From positions 996 through 64,995 of the forward strand of contig CAMAWM010000010.1 of assembly GCA_945861965.1 (NCBI GenBank): 64,000 bases of DNA. Direction: 5' to 3'. Shown one piece after another: positions 29,951 through 39,044 of the stretch. The notes beneath the pieces are model-generated. The model was not told the DNA's origin. It worked only from the letters and a program-made list of their open reading frames with translations, and did not search any database. This stretch comes from Chitinophaga pinensis (lineage in GTDB: Bacteria; Bacteroidota; Bacteroidia; UKL13-3). How positions within the stretch are numbered: position 1 is the stretch's first letter; each line of letters opens with the position of its first letter. Position numbers and translations under genes: made by a program.

Positions 29951-30659
29951 GCACATAACGGAATCCGTTTTGTCCGTTGGAAGTTGAAAAAGGTACAAGC
30001 ATTCCATTGGCTTTCCATTTCCATTTGTAGCGATGCGATGCATAAATTAATTTGGCAGAAAGCATTCCAATTCCTGCACCAACCAATACATCGCTCAACC
30101 AATGTTTGTTGTTTGCTATTCGCATTGCAGCAACCGAAGTTGCTAATGCATATCCGCTAATTGCTATCCATGGTTTTTCTTTAAATTCCTGATGCAAAAC
30201 TTCAGCAAAAGTAAAAGCTGCAGCGCTATGGCCAGAGCAAAAAGATAAATTATCGCTGCCATCTGGTCGCGTAATTTGTGTTGTATATTTCAATAAATAA
30301 GTAAGTCCTAAACTTAAAGTCAATGCCTTTGCACAAATAATATTTTGATTTAAGAAATCACTTTTGCCCTTCACTTTCAAAAAATCAAAGGTGTATAAAA
30401 TTGCTGCCGGAGCAAAGACTAAATAGTCATCCATCGAAGTGTTGAAATCCGAATAATTTCGATCGCGAAAATTTTTTACTTCATTGCTGCTTGGCAATCC
30501 ATTTTGATCAAAAGTGCTAAGTCCGTAAACTATGAAAGTAGCAGGAATTATATATTTTTTGAAACCATGTTTGGGCTTGATAATCGTACTTGAATCTTGC
30601 TGCGAAAAACAAGGAGTAAGGATAAAAAATGAAATCAAAAAAGAAAAAAATATTTTCAT
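29940..30659 (-). CDS. PAP2-family phosphatase (secreted or membrane)
   Basis: Contains the PAP2 motifs KYTTQITRPDG, SGHSAAAF and NKHWLSDV. The start is moved to MKIFFSFLISFF at 30659, which gives a signal peptide. Confidence 0.75.
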   Translation of the reverse strand: MKIFFSFLISFFILTPCFSQQDSSTIIKPKHGFKKYIIPATFIVYGLSTFDQNGLPSSNEVKNFRDRNYSDFNTSMDDYLVFAPAAILYTFDFLKVKGKSDFLNQNIICAKALTLSLGLTYLLKYTTQITRPDGSDNLSFCSGHSAAAFTFAEVLHQEFKEKPWIAISGYALATSVAAMRIANNKHWLSDVLVGAGIGMLSAKLIYASHRYKWKWKANGMLVPFSTSNGQNGFRYVLTF

Positions 30660-31375
30660 TTTTCTAATAAAGTTTTTAGCGCAGCACAAACAAAAACACC
30701 AGCAGTTTCAGTACGCAAAATAGTTGAGCCAAGCGATACGGTTTTAAATCCTGCTGATTTGGCAAGTTCAATTTCTTTTGAAGTAAAATCTCCTTCAGGA
30801 CCAATTAAAATACTGAAATTTTGATTGTGTGATTGAGTAATTTGCTGAGTTAGCGAATTTGTTTTTTCATCACAAAATGCAATCAATCGCAATTCTTCTT
30901 TTGTATTTAATTTAGTCAACTCCATAAACTTAGTCAACTTAATTACTTCGTTTAATTTCGGCAAATAAAATTGTTTGCTTTGCTTGATGGCAGCGATTGC
31001 AATTTTTTGGCAGCGCTCTAAATTTATTTTTGTGCGTTCGCTGTTTTCAGATTCAATAAAAGTAATTTCATTTATTCCTAATTCAACAGCTTTTTCAATA
31101 AACCAATCCATTCGCTCAAAATTTTTTGTTGGCGCAATGGCAATATGCAGATTGTAGTTTCGGGTTTCTCGCTTCTCGTTTCTGAGTTTTATATGAAGTT
31201 TACATCGTTTTGGATTGTCATCAACAATTGTTGCAATTGCTTCGGTTCCTTTTCCGTCAATTAAAATAATTTCATCGCCAATTTTTTTTCTCAATACGCG
31301 AATGCAATGTTTTGATTCCTCTTCGGATAAAACAATTTCGGTGTTTGATAAATCGTCAATAAAAAAAAGTTGCAT
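30656..31375 (-). CDS. rsmE: 16S rRNA (uracil1498-N3)-methyltransferase RsmE
   Basis: MQLFFIDDL...HCIRVLRKKIGDEI...IGPEGDFT, typical of RsmE. The start is set at 31375 because the track's longer ORF to 31573 would overlap the prfB 5' end. Confidence 0.85.
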   Translation of the reverse strand: MQLFFIDDLSNTEIVLSEEESKHCIRVLRKKIGDEIILIDGKGTEAIATIVDDNPKRCKLHIKLRNEKRETRNYNLHIAIAPTKNFERMDWFIEKAVELGINEITFIESENSERTKINLERCQKIAIAAIKQSKQFYLPKLNEVIKLTKFMELTKLNTKEELRLIAFCDEKTNSLTQQITQSHNQNFSILIGPEGDFTSKEIELAKSAGFKTVSLGSTILRTETAGVFVCAALKTLLEK

Positions 31376-31436
31376 TCCTATGTTTGAAATTAGTTTTTGC
31401 GAATGTAAAAATAATTTACTTTCGTAAGCTTTAAAT

Positions 31437-32523
31437 ATGACAAACGAACAATTAAAAGATTTGAAGAAAAGAGCCGATGCTCTGAGGAGGTATCTTTGAC
31501 GTTGCTGCCAAACTACAAAAAATAGCAGACGAAGAAACTGAAACGCATTCAAGTGATTTTTGGAACAATCCAAAAGAAGCCGAAAAGGTTTTAAAATCCA
31601 TCAAGCAAAAAAAAATATGGACCGATGCATTTGCCAATACGCAAAGCAAAATTGAAGATCTTGCGGTAATTTACGAATTCTTTCAGGCAGATGAATGCAC
31701 AGAAAAAGAACTTGAAACTGCATACCAATTAGCATTTAAATCCATCGAAGAATTGGAGTTTAAAAACATGTTGAGTGGCGAGGAAGATCAACTGAATTGC
31801 ATAATCAATATAAACTCGGGAGCAGGCGGAACCGAAAGCCAAGATTGGTCGGAAATGTTGATGCGTATGTACATTCAGTATGCTGATAAACATGGATACA
31901 AAGCCCAAGTTTTGGACGAACAAGCAGGTGATGGCGCAGGAATAAAATCCTGCTCAATTGAAGTAATCGGAGATTTTGCATACGGATATTTGAAGGGCGA
32001 AAATGGTGTTCATCGCCTTGTACGTGTTTCGCCTTTTGACAGTAATGCACGCAGACATACTTCGTTTGCTTCTGTTTATTGTTATCCAATGGTTGACGAT
32101 TCGATAGAGATTGAAATTAGCGATGCAGATATTGAAATTCAAACTTCGCGATCGGGTGGTGCAGGAGGACAAAATGTAAATAAAGTGGAGACCAAAGTTC
32201 AGCTAACACACAAGCCAACAGGAATTGTAATTGTTTGTCAAGTCGAGCGATCGCAAAACGGAAACCGCGACCGCGCAATGAAAATGTTAAAATCTCAATT
32301 GTACGAATTAGAAATCAGAAAACGCAACGAAGCAAAAGACAAAATTGAAGCAGGCAAAAAGAAAATAGAGTGGGGAAGTCAGATTAGAAACTATGTAATG
32401 CATCCGTATAAATTAGTAAAAGATTTGCGTACCGGTGTCGAAACTTCCAATGTGCAAGGTGTGATGGACGGAGATTTAGATGAATTTATTAAAGCGTATT
32501 TAATGGAATCTTCTGGACACTAA
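31437..32523 (+). CDS. prfB: peptide chain release factor 2, requiring a programmed +1 frameshift: join(31437..31496,31498..32523)
   Basis: Frame 0 reads [20 protein letters not shown] followed by TGA. Reading from GAC at 31498 continues [13 protein letters not shown]... into the 256-aa track ORF, which carries the SPF and GGQ motifs. Confidence 0.95.
31485..31500 (+). promoter_or_regulatory. RF2 programmed +1 frameshift site (SD-like AGGAGG, 3-nt spacer, CTT TGA C)
   Basis: AGGAGGTATCTTTGAC is nearly identical to the E. coli prfB recoding signal AGGGGGTATCTTTGAC. Confidence 0.9.
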
Positions 32524-32530
32524 TTTTATT

Positions 32531-33292
32531 TTATTTTCGGTGAATGACACCCGACATGGGTTGTGCGGTTGGCATTATCGTAAGTTCGTTGATGTTTACA
32601 TGTTGCGGTCTGGAAAGCACAAACCAAGCGGCTTCAGCAATATCTTCGGCATGTAAGGAATCAAAACCTTCGTATACTTTTCCGGCTCTTTCTGCATCGC
32701 CATGAAAACGCACAATTGAAAATTCGGTTTCTACTGCACCCGGATGAATAGCCGTAACTTTTACAGGAAACGAAGACAATTCAATGCGCATGGCTTTGTT
32801 CAATGCATCAACAGCAAATTTAGTACTGCAATACACATTTCCGTTGGCGTACACTTCTTTGGCAGCAATAGATCCTATATTTATTACATGACCCATTTTT
32901 CGTTCAACCATCAAAGGCAAAATGGCTCGGCTTACAAAAAGCAATCCTTTCAGATTGGTGTCAATCATTTTTTCCCAATCGTCTATGTCGCCCTGAAATA
33001 TGGTGCTTAAGCCACTTGCCAATCCGGCATTGTTTACCAATACATCTATTTCTTTCCATTCATTAGGCAAATTTTCGATGGCGTTTTTTACCGCATCGCG
33101 TTTTCTGATATCAAAGATTAAAGGCAAAACAGATGCATTGTATTTTTCTTCAAGCTCTGTTTTTAGTTTTAAAATTCTGTCTTCTCTTCGTGCATTTAAA
33201 ATCAAACAATAATTTTCGGCAGCAAGTCTTCGCGCTATTGCTTCGCCAATGCCAGATGACGCACCCGTTATAAAAGCTATTTTTTTTGTCAT
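32531..33292 (-). CDS. short-chain dehydrogenase/reductase (YdfG-like NADP-dependent)
   Basis: 253 aa with TGASSGIG, NNAG and the YCSTK catalytic motif. Confidence 0.85.
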   Translation of the reverse strand: MTKKIAFITGASSGIGEAIARRLAAENYCLILNARREDRILKLKTELEEKYNASVLPLIFDIRKRDAVKNAIENLPNEWKEIDVLVNNAGLASGLSTIFQGDIDDWEKMIDTNLKGLLFVSRAILPLMVERKMGHVINIGSIAAKEVYANGNVYCSTKFAVDALNKAMRIELSSFPVKVTAIHPGAVETEFSIVRFHGDAERAGKVYEGFDSLHAEDIAEAAWFVLSRPQHVNINELTIMPTAQPMSGVIHRK

Positions 33293-33368
33293 ACAAAATT
33301 TGGGTTTATATTGCCCGTGTTTTTTTAAGGATTTAAAGCATCAAGTTTAAAGATTTTTTTTTCAAACC

Positions 33369-33740
33369 ATGAGTTTTTCGACAGAAATAAACGAAAAGTA
33401 CAGCTTGTATAAAACCGATTTGATGGAATTTAATTCAGTCAATTCAAAAGAATTGTGCGATTTGATTTTGAAAAATGCAACACAACACGAATTGTATTAT
33501 GCAATTCTAAATTTTGAAAGTGTACAAAAATTTGAGTCCAATGCGCTTGATCAACTTACACAACTTGCATTATTTTTAAAAGAGAAAGAAGGCCTGTTAC
33601 TACTAAGTATTTCAGATGAAAAACTGGGATCCTTGTTTTCGCAGGATGATTTTATTGTAGTGCCAAGCGATACCGAAGCCATTGATTATACTTTTATGGA
33701 TCAGGTAGAAAAAGAATTTTTGAACCAAGCGGATTTTTAA
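33369..33740 (+). CDS. hypothetical protein (possibly STAS-like)
   Basis: 123-aa ORF in a coding-like context. There is only a weak resemblance to the STAS fold pattern. Confidence 0.4.
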   Translation: MSFSTEINEKYSLYKTDLMEFNSVNSKELCDLILKNATQHELYYAILNFESVQKFESNALDQLTQLALFLKEKEGLLLLSISDEKLGSLFSQDDFIVVPSDTEAIDYTFMDQVEKEFLNQADF

Positions 33741-33757
33741 GAATAGAAACATTTTTT

Positions 33758-34633
33758 ATGACAGGAATTACACCCCAAGATTGGAAACATTACGAGCTGC
33801 TGGATTGCGGAGGGTTTGAAAAATTAGAACGCTTTGCTTCTGTTGTTTTGCGCAGACCCGAACCGCAAGCGCTGTGGAACAAAAAATTATCGGAAAGCGA
33901 ATGGGATAAAATTGCTGATATCACTTTTAAACAAAAAGGAAGTCACGGTGGCGAATGGCAAAAGAAAAATCCAAACCTACGCGATAAATGGAAATTGGAT
34001 TACGATTCGGAAAATATTTCATTGAAATTTAATTTATCGCTGACTGCATTTAAGCATGTCGGAATTTTTCCGGAGCAAGCAGCCAATTGGGAGTATATTT
34101 TTGAAAACATTTCGAAAATAAAAAACAGTACTCCGCGCTTTTTAAATTTGTTTGCTTACACTGGTGGCGCATCGCTTGCTGCAAAATGTGCAGGTGCCGA
34201 TGTTACGCATGTCGATAGTGTTCGGCAGGTTTTGGGTTGGAGTCGCGAGAACATGGAGTCATCGGGTTTAAAAGACATTCGTTGGGTGTTGGAAGATGCC
34301 ATGAAATTTGTAAAACGCGAAGCCAAACGAGGCAATCTCTACGATGGAATTATTTTAGATCCTCCTGCGTATGGAATTGGTGCCAATGGCGAACGCTGGC
34401 AATTGGAACAAAACATCAACGAGTTGTTAATGGAAGTTTCGAAAATACTTAGCGAAAAACATTTTCTGATTTTAAATGTGTACTCGCTTGGCCTCAGTTC
34501 CATGATTATTGAAAATTTGCTTCAAAGCAATTTCAATGTTGCTCAAAACTTGGAGTGTTCGGAATTGTACTTGCAATCGCAAACAAAAATAAAGTTGCCG
34601 CTAGGCATTATTGCTCGATACAGTTGGCTGTAA
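33758..34633 (+). CDS. class I SAM-dependent methyltransferase (RlmI/YwbD-like rRNA methyltransferase core)
   Basis: 291 aa with LNLFAYTGGASLAAKCAG (SAM motif I) and ILDPPAYG. Confidence 0.7.
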   Translation: MTGITPQDWKHYELLDCGGFEKLERFASVVLRRPEPQALWNKKLSESEWDKIADITFKQKGSHGGEWQKKNPNLRDKWKLDYDSENISLKFNLSLTAFKHVGIFPEQAANWEYIFENISKIKNSTPRFLNLFAYTGGASLAAKCAGADVTHVDSVRQVLGWSRENMESSGLKDIRWVLEDAMKFVKREAKRGNLYDGIILDPPAYGIGANGERWQLEQNINELLMEVSKILSEKHFLILNVYSLGLSSMIIENLLQSNFNVAQNLECSELYLQSQTKIKLPLGIIARYSWL

Positions 34634-34637
34634 TTTT

Positions 34638-35381
34638 TTACATTTTGTATTTTCTCTTAATCTGCGAAAAGTAACTTCGGCTAATTTCAAAGGGTTTGTC
34701 AAATGCTTTTAAATGCAATCGGCCGGTATCGTTGGTCCATTTTTCAATTCGCTGAACATTCATCAGATTCACCAATGTCGAACGGTGAATTTGCATAAAA
34801 ATATCTTCGGGCAATATGCCTTCCCAGTTTTTTATCGATTTATAAGTGATGCTAAGCTTTCCATCCAACAAAAAAACTTTGGTGTAATTTCCGTATGCCT
34901 CAATGCAATTGATGTCTTTTATGGTTATAAAATTCATCTTGTTATCGAAGTTCAACAGGATAATTTTGTTGGGCAAAAATCGCTCAAATTTGCTTGCAAC
35001 AATTGGATCAATCGGGCTTTGATTGGAAACTGAAATTCGTGCAATTGCGTTTTTTATTTTGTTTGAATTGATAGGATTCAACACGCAATCTGCTGCGTTT
35101 AGTTCAAAGGCATGAAATGCATTTTCGCGTTTGGAGGTAATGCAAATAACTTTGGGCGAACATTTAATTTTTTTCAGTAAAACAACTGGATTTATTTTGG
35201 CCAAATCCAAGTCGATAAATACTAAATAGGGAAGCTTAAGGTTGATGCATTTTTTGGCATCGCTCATCGTTGAACATTCGCCAACCAATTCAATTTGAGA
35301 AAAATGTTTAAGCGATTTTTTCAATGCCACTTGCACATCTTTTGAATGGCTAATTAAAACAGCTTTCATTTTCTCTTTCAT
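34638..35381 (-). CDS. LytTR-family response regulator
   Basis: 247 aa with a receiver domain (VFIDLDL) and a C-terminal LytTR DNA-binding domain (HRSTLVNL). Confidence 0.8.
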   Translation of the reverse strand: MKEKMKAVLISHSKDVQVALKKSLKHFSQIELVGECSTMSDAKKCINLKLPYLVFIDLDLAKINPVVLLKKIKCSPKVICITSKRENAFHAFELNAADCVLNPINSNKIKNAIARISVSNQSPIDPIVASKFERFLPNKIILLNFDNKMNFITIKDINCIEAYGNYTKVFLLDGKLSITYKSIKNWEGILPEDIFMQIHRSTLVNLMNVQRIEKWTNDTGRLHLKAFDKPFEISRSYFSQIKRKYKM

Positions 35382-35384
35382 TTT

Positions 35385-36902
35385 TTATGACAAGGAAGTT
35401 TCTGGTTTCATCTGCGGAAAAAACAATACATCTTGTATTGAATGTTGATTGGTCATCAGCATACAAAGTCGGTCAATTCCAATTCCAATTCCCGATGTTG
35501 GTGGCATTCCGTATTCGAGCGCACGCAAAAAATCGTGATCAATAAACATCGCTTCATCGTCTCCGCGTTCCATCAGTTTGGTTTGCTCCTCAAAACGCTC
35601 GCGTTGTTCAATAGGGTCATTTAATTCTGTGTAGGCATTGGCAATTTCTTTTCCGTTTATCAGCAATTCAAATCGCTCAACCAAACCTTCTTTGCTTCGG
35701 TGTTTTTTTGTCAAAGGGCTCATTTCAACAGGATAATCAATAATGAAAGTGGGTTGAATGTAATTGGCTTCGCATTTTTCGCCAAACAATTCATCAATGA
35801 GTTTTCCTTTTCCCATCGTGTTGTCAACGTGTATGTTTAAATTTCGACAAACATCGCGCAAAGCGGCTTCATCCATTTGGCTAACATCAATTCCTGTGTG
35901 TTCTTTTATCGCATTAAAAATTGAAATGCGTTTGTAAGGTGCTTTGAAATCGATTGTTTTGTCGCCACTCGGAATTTCTGTTTTTCCGTGCAATGCGATA
36001 GTAACTTTTTCCAACATGGTTTCCGTAAAATCCATCATCCAGAAATAATCTTTGTAGGCCACATAAAATTCCAAAATGGTAAACTCTGGATTGTGTGTGC
36101 GATCCATTCCTTCGTTGCGAAAATTTCTGCTGAATTCATACACAAAATCAAATCCGCCAACAATCAGTCGCTTTAAAAAAAGTTCGTTGGCAATGCGCAA
36201 ATAAAAAGGCACATCCAGCGCGTTGTGGTGCGTAATAAAAGGACGCGCCAAAGCTCCACCCGGTATGTTTTGCAAAACAGGAGTATCCACTTCAAGCGCT
36301 TTGTTTTCGTTTAAATAATTTCGAATGCTTGTAATTAATTGTGTGCGTTTTTCAAAGGTTTCTTTTACTTTTGGATTGATAATTAAATCAGCGTAGCGTT
36401 GTCTGTATCTAAATTCTGGATCGCTAACTTCGTCAAAGGATTCGCCTTCTTTTTCTTTAACAATTGGCAACGGTTTTAATGCTTTTGACAATAGTTTTAT
36501 TCCTGTAGCGTGCAAGGAGATTTCGCCCGTTTTGGTGGTAAACATAAATCCATTTACGCCAATAATATCACCCATATCGAGCAATTTTTTAAACACCAAA
36601 TCGTACAAAGATTTGTCTTCGCTTGGGCAAATATCGTCTCTGCGAATATAAATTTGTAAGCGACCAACAGCATCCTGAATTACAACAAAACAAGCTTTTC
36701 CCATATCCCTTACACTCATAATTCTACCAGCAATCGAAATCGATTTTAACGATTCGTCTTCTTGATTAGCTGTATATTTTTCTTTGGCTTCGCTGCTGTT
36801 GTGAGTAAGGGTGTATAATTCTGCCGGATAGGCATCAATTCCCAGCTTTCGCAATTCTGTAAGTTTGTCTCTTCGTTGTATTTCCTGCTCGCTTAAATGC
36901 AT
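35385..36902 (-). CDS. lysS: lysine--tRNA ligase (class II)
   Basis: 505 aa with an OB-fold N-terminal domain, FRNEG, and GIGIGIDRLCMLMT (motif 3). Confidence 0.95.
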   Translation of the reverse strand: MHLSEQEIQRRDKLTELRKLGIDAYPAELYTLTHNSSEAKEKYTANQEDESLKSISIAGRIMSVRDMGKACFVVIQDAVGRLQIYIRRDDICPSEDKSLYDLVFKKLLDMGDIIGVNGFMFTTKTGEISLHATGIKLLSKALKPLPIVKEKEGESFDEVSDPEFRYRQRYADLIINPKVKETFEKRTQLITSIRNYLNENKALEVDTPVLQNIPGGALARPFITHHNALDVPFYLRIANELFLKRLIVGGFDFVYEFSRNFRNEGMDRTHNPEFTILEFYVAYKDYFWMMDFTETMLEKVTIALHGKTEIPSGDKTIDFKAPYKRISIFNAIKEHTGIDVSQMDEAALRDVCRNLNIHVDNTMGKGKLIDELFGEKCEANYIQPTFIIDYPVEMSPLTKKHRSKEGLVERFELLINGKEIANAYTELNDPIEQRERFEEQTKLMERGDDEAMFIDHDFLRALEYGMPPTSGIGIGIDRLCMLMTNQHSIQDVLFFPQMKPETSLS

Positions 36903-36939
36903 TTTTTATATTCAGTTTTGAAGGGGCGAAGATATAAAA

Positions 36940-38442
36940 TCAATTGAGTTTACTTAATGCAGCTTTTGCTTTTTGCTGCATATAATTTTTGCCCTCGTAA
37001 TTTTTGTACTCAAATACTTTTTCGAAATATTTTTTGGCGGTTTGCCTGAAATTTAATTTCTGACAAATGTATCCCAACTCTAAACACGATTTGGGCGCAA
37101 AAGCCATATTGATACTTGTTGACATTTTGATACAAAGCGAATAATATTCAATTGCTTTCGACAGATTATTATTCTCGTGATAAATTCGTGCAAGTCGATA
37201 ATTATATTCAATTTTTTCAATTGATGTTTTGTCAATTTCTTCGCTTTTGTTTAGCAAAACTTCTTCCGCTTTTGCATAATATCCACCATCGCAAAGCAAG
37301 CGCGCTTTCAGTAGATTTAGTTGTGGAAATTTTTCCAAACTTCCCTGCGATGGAGTTGTTACATTTTTTTTCGATTTGTCTTTTGCGTTTAGTGATGCCA
37401 ATTTTATATAAACCCTCCACGAAGCAGTATCTCCTTTTAGCCAAGCGCACCACGAAAGTTTTAAATAGGCATATTCGTTGAGTGCTTTGTCTTTGTTTTG
37501 AAGAAGAAACTTTTTGAAATACAGCGATGCATCTGCATCCAATCTATTCAGTTTTGCCGAGCCAAGTTGGTACTCCAAATACGGAAATTTTATGTAATCA
37601 TCCGTGCTGGGTTTTTTTAATAAAGTTTGAATGGCATCGTCATTTCTATCGCTTCGCGATGCCACAAATGCACGGATACAATTGCTCATCAAATTGCTTT
37701 CAAAATCAACAGTGTATTTTTCGGCTAAGATCCAGGTTTCGTTTTTTTCTTTCTTAAAATTAAAACTCAAAAGACAATACAAAAGTTGTGCGTTTTTGAT
37801 ATCGCTTTGCAATTCGCTTGCACTGTTTTTATCATCGAGGTATGATTTTAACAAATGCATTCCTTCTTCAAAATTTCCTTCCATTCCGGCAATGTTTGCC
37901 ATCCACTTGTAACTATCAGGTATGGTTCCAATCAGCGCTTTTAAAATCCCTTTTTGTTTTCTGTTTCCCAAAAAAGCAGGAAATTTTTTATTGTTGCTTT
38001 CGGTATAGCTGTAAGCACTTTTAAAACTTAAGGCCGTAGTAAAATATTCTTCGAACAAGCTACTTACAAAAGCCCATTGCAAACTTATTTCGCTCAAAGC
38101 ATACAATCGAAATGGATTGCTTGGCTCAACTAATTTCAATCGCGAAATCCGTTGTTCTTTATTTTTCTCAAACTGCTTGTAATCGTCTAAATTCTGACCA
38201 CACAATACAGTATAAAAGTCAATGTAGTTTTCTAAAAAATCGCAGGCGTAGTTGTCAGGATTTGTTTTTCTTTCAATATCAATACAGTTTTTGCCCTTTG
38301 ATAGCTGTAAAGTTGAAATGTATTTTTGGGCTTCAATTAGTTTTGACGTAAAATTAAATGAAGCATCGCTTTTAAAACAAATGAAAAATAAAAGTAAGAA
38401 TGAAATAAACCGCATTTGAAAACAAATATATGAATCTTTCAA
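36940..38442 (-). CDS. hypothetical TPR-like secreted protein
   Basis: 500 aa with a hydrophobic N-terminus (the likely true start is MRFISFLLLFF at 38415) and helical repeat-like composition. Confidence 0.45.
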   Translation of the reverse strand: MKDSYICFQMRFISFLLLFFICFKSDASFNFTSKLIEAQKYISTLQLSKGKNCIDIERKTNPDNYACDFLENYIDFYTVLCGQNLDDYKQFEKNKEQRISRLKLVEPSNPFRLYALSEISLQWAFVSSLFEEYFTTALSFKSAYSYTESNNKKFPAFLGNRKQKGILKALIGTIPDSYKWMANIAGMEGNFEEGMHLLKSYLDDKNSASELQSDIKNAQLLYCLLSFNFKKEKNETWILAEKYTVDFESNLMSNCIRAFVASRSDRNDDAIQTLLKKPSTDDYIKFPYLEYQLGSAKLNRLDADASLYFKKFLLQNKDKALNEYAYLKLSWCAWLKGDTASWRVYIKLASLNAKDKSKKNVTTPSQGSLEKFPQLNLLKARLLCDGGYYAKAEEVLLNKSEEIDKTSIEKIEYNYRLARIYHENNNLSKAIEYYSLCIKMSTSINMAFAPKSCLELGYICQKLNFRQTAKKYFEKVFEYKNYEGKNYMQQKAKAALSKLN

Positions 38443-38463
38443 ATGCGGTTTTATACAACAATT

Positions 38464-38910
38464 TTATTGACCAGTGAATGTAATTGTTTGGGTTGATCCA
38501 GGAACGCCTGTTTGCATTTTTAAAGTAGTCGTATTTAATGTTAGAATGTTAAAGTCAGTAGTGTCTCCATCAATTATTCTAAGTGGGTTAGATTCGTCAA
38601 TCAATGTCCAGATTCCTGAAGAAATACTGTTTGGATCAGTTGGATTGCATTTTAGTGCGCCACATTTTTGTGTGATTACTTTAGATGTTTCAAATTTAAA
38701 TAAGTCATCTTTTTCGCAAGCTGGCATTGTAGAGTACATATCAATGGAAGAATCTTTTCCGCCAATATTCATGGTTATAATTGCAGCGGTCATCATCCAA
38801 TCTTTTGCAGTTAATAACTCAGCGCGAGTTTTTACTGTAGTCTCTTCTTTACTACAACTCAATACAATTAATGATGATATTGTCAATACAATCAAAGCAA
38901 GTTTTTTCAT
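38464..38910 (-). CDS. hypothetical lipoprotein (lipocalin-like size)
   Basis: 148 aa with a signal peptide and lipobox LSC. Confidence 0.5.
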   Translation of the reverse strand: MKKLALIVLTISSLIVLSCSKEETTVKTRAELLTAKDWMMTAAIITMNIGGKDSSIDMYSTMPACEKDDLFKFETSKVITQKCGALKCNPTDPNSISSGIWTLIDESNPLRIIDGDTTDFNILTLNTTTLKMQTGVPGSTQTITFTGQ

Positions 38911-38969
38911 AATTTTTTTAGATTTTTTTGTGCAAGAATAATAAATTATTTTTTTGATTACAAACTTTG

Positions 38970-39041
38970 TAGTCTCGAGCAGAATCGAACTGCTATCAAA
39001 AGTTTAGGAAACTTCTATTCTATCCATTGAACTACGAGACC
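38970..39041 (-). tRNA. tRNA-Arg (anticodon CCU)
   Basis: Folded by hand into a cloverleaf: acceptor GGTCTCG/CGAGACT, D arm GTTC-AATGGATA-GAAT, anticodon arm GAAGT-TTCCTAA-ACTTT, T arm AGCAG-TTCGATT-CTGCT. It is 72 nt with no encoded CCA. Confidence 0.8.
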
Positions 39042-39044
39042 AAT

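Noticed and set aside
31376-31573. The long N-terminal extension of rsmE in the ORF track (305 aa starting at 31573), and the 65-aa minus ORF at 31452-31649.
   Set aside because: Both overlap the 5' part of prfB, including its frameshift site. RsmE homology begins at MQLFFIDD (31375), and the upstream residues are low-complexity read-through.
38474-38941. 155-aa plus-strand ORF fully overlapping the 148-aa minus-strand lipoprotein gene.
   Set aside because: The minus-strand product has a clean signal peptide and lipobox and an ordinary composition. The plus-strand product has no start context or recognisable features. I kept the minus-strand call.
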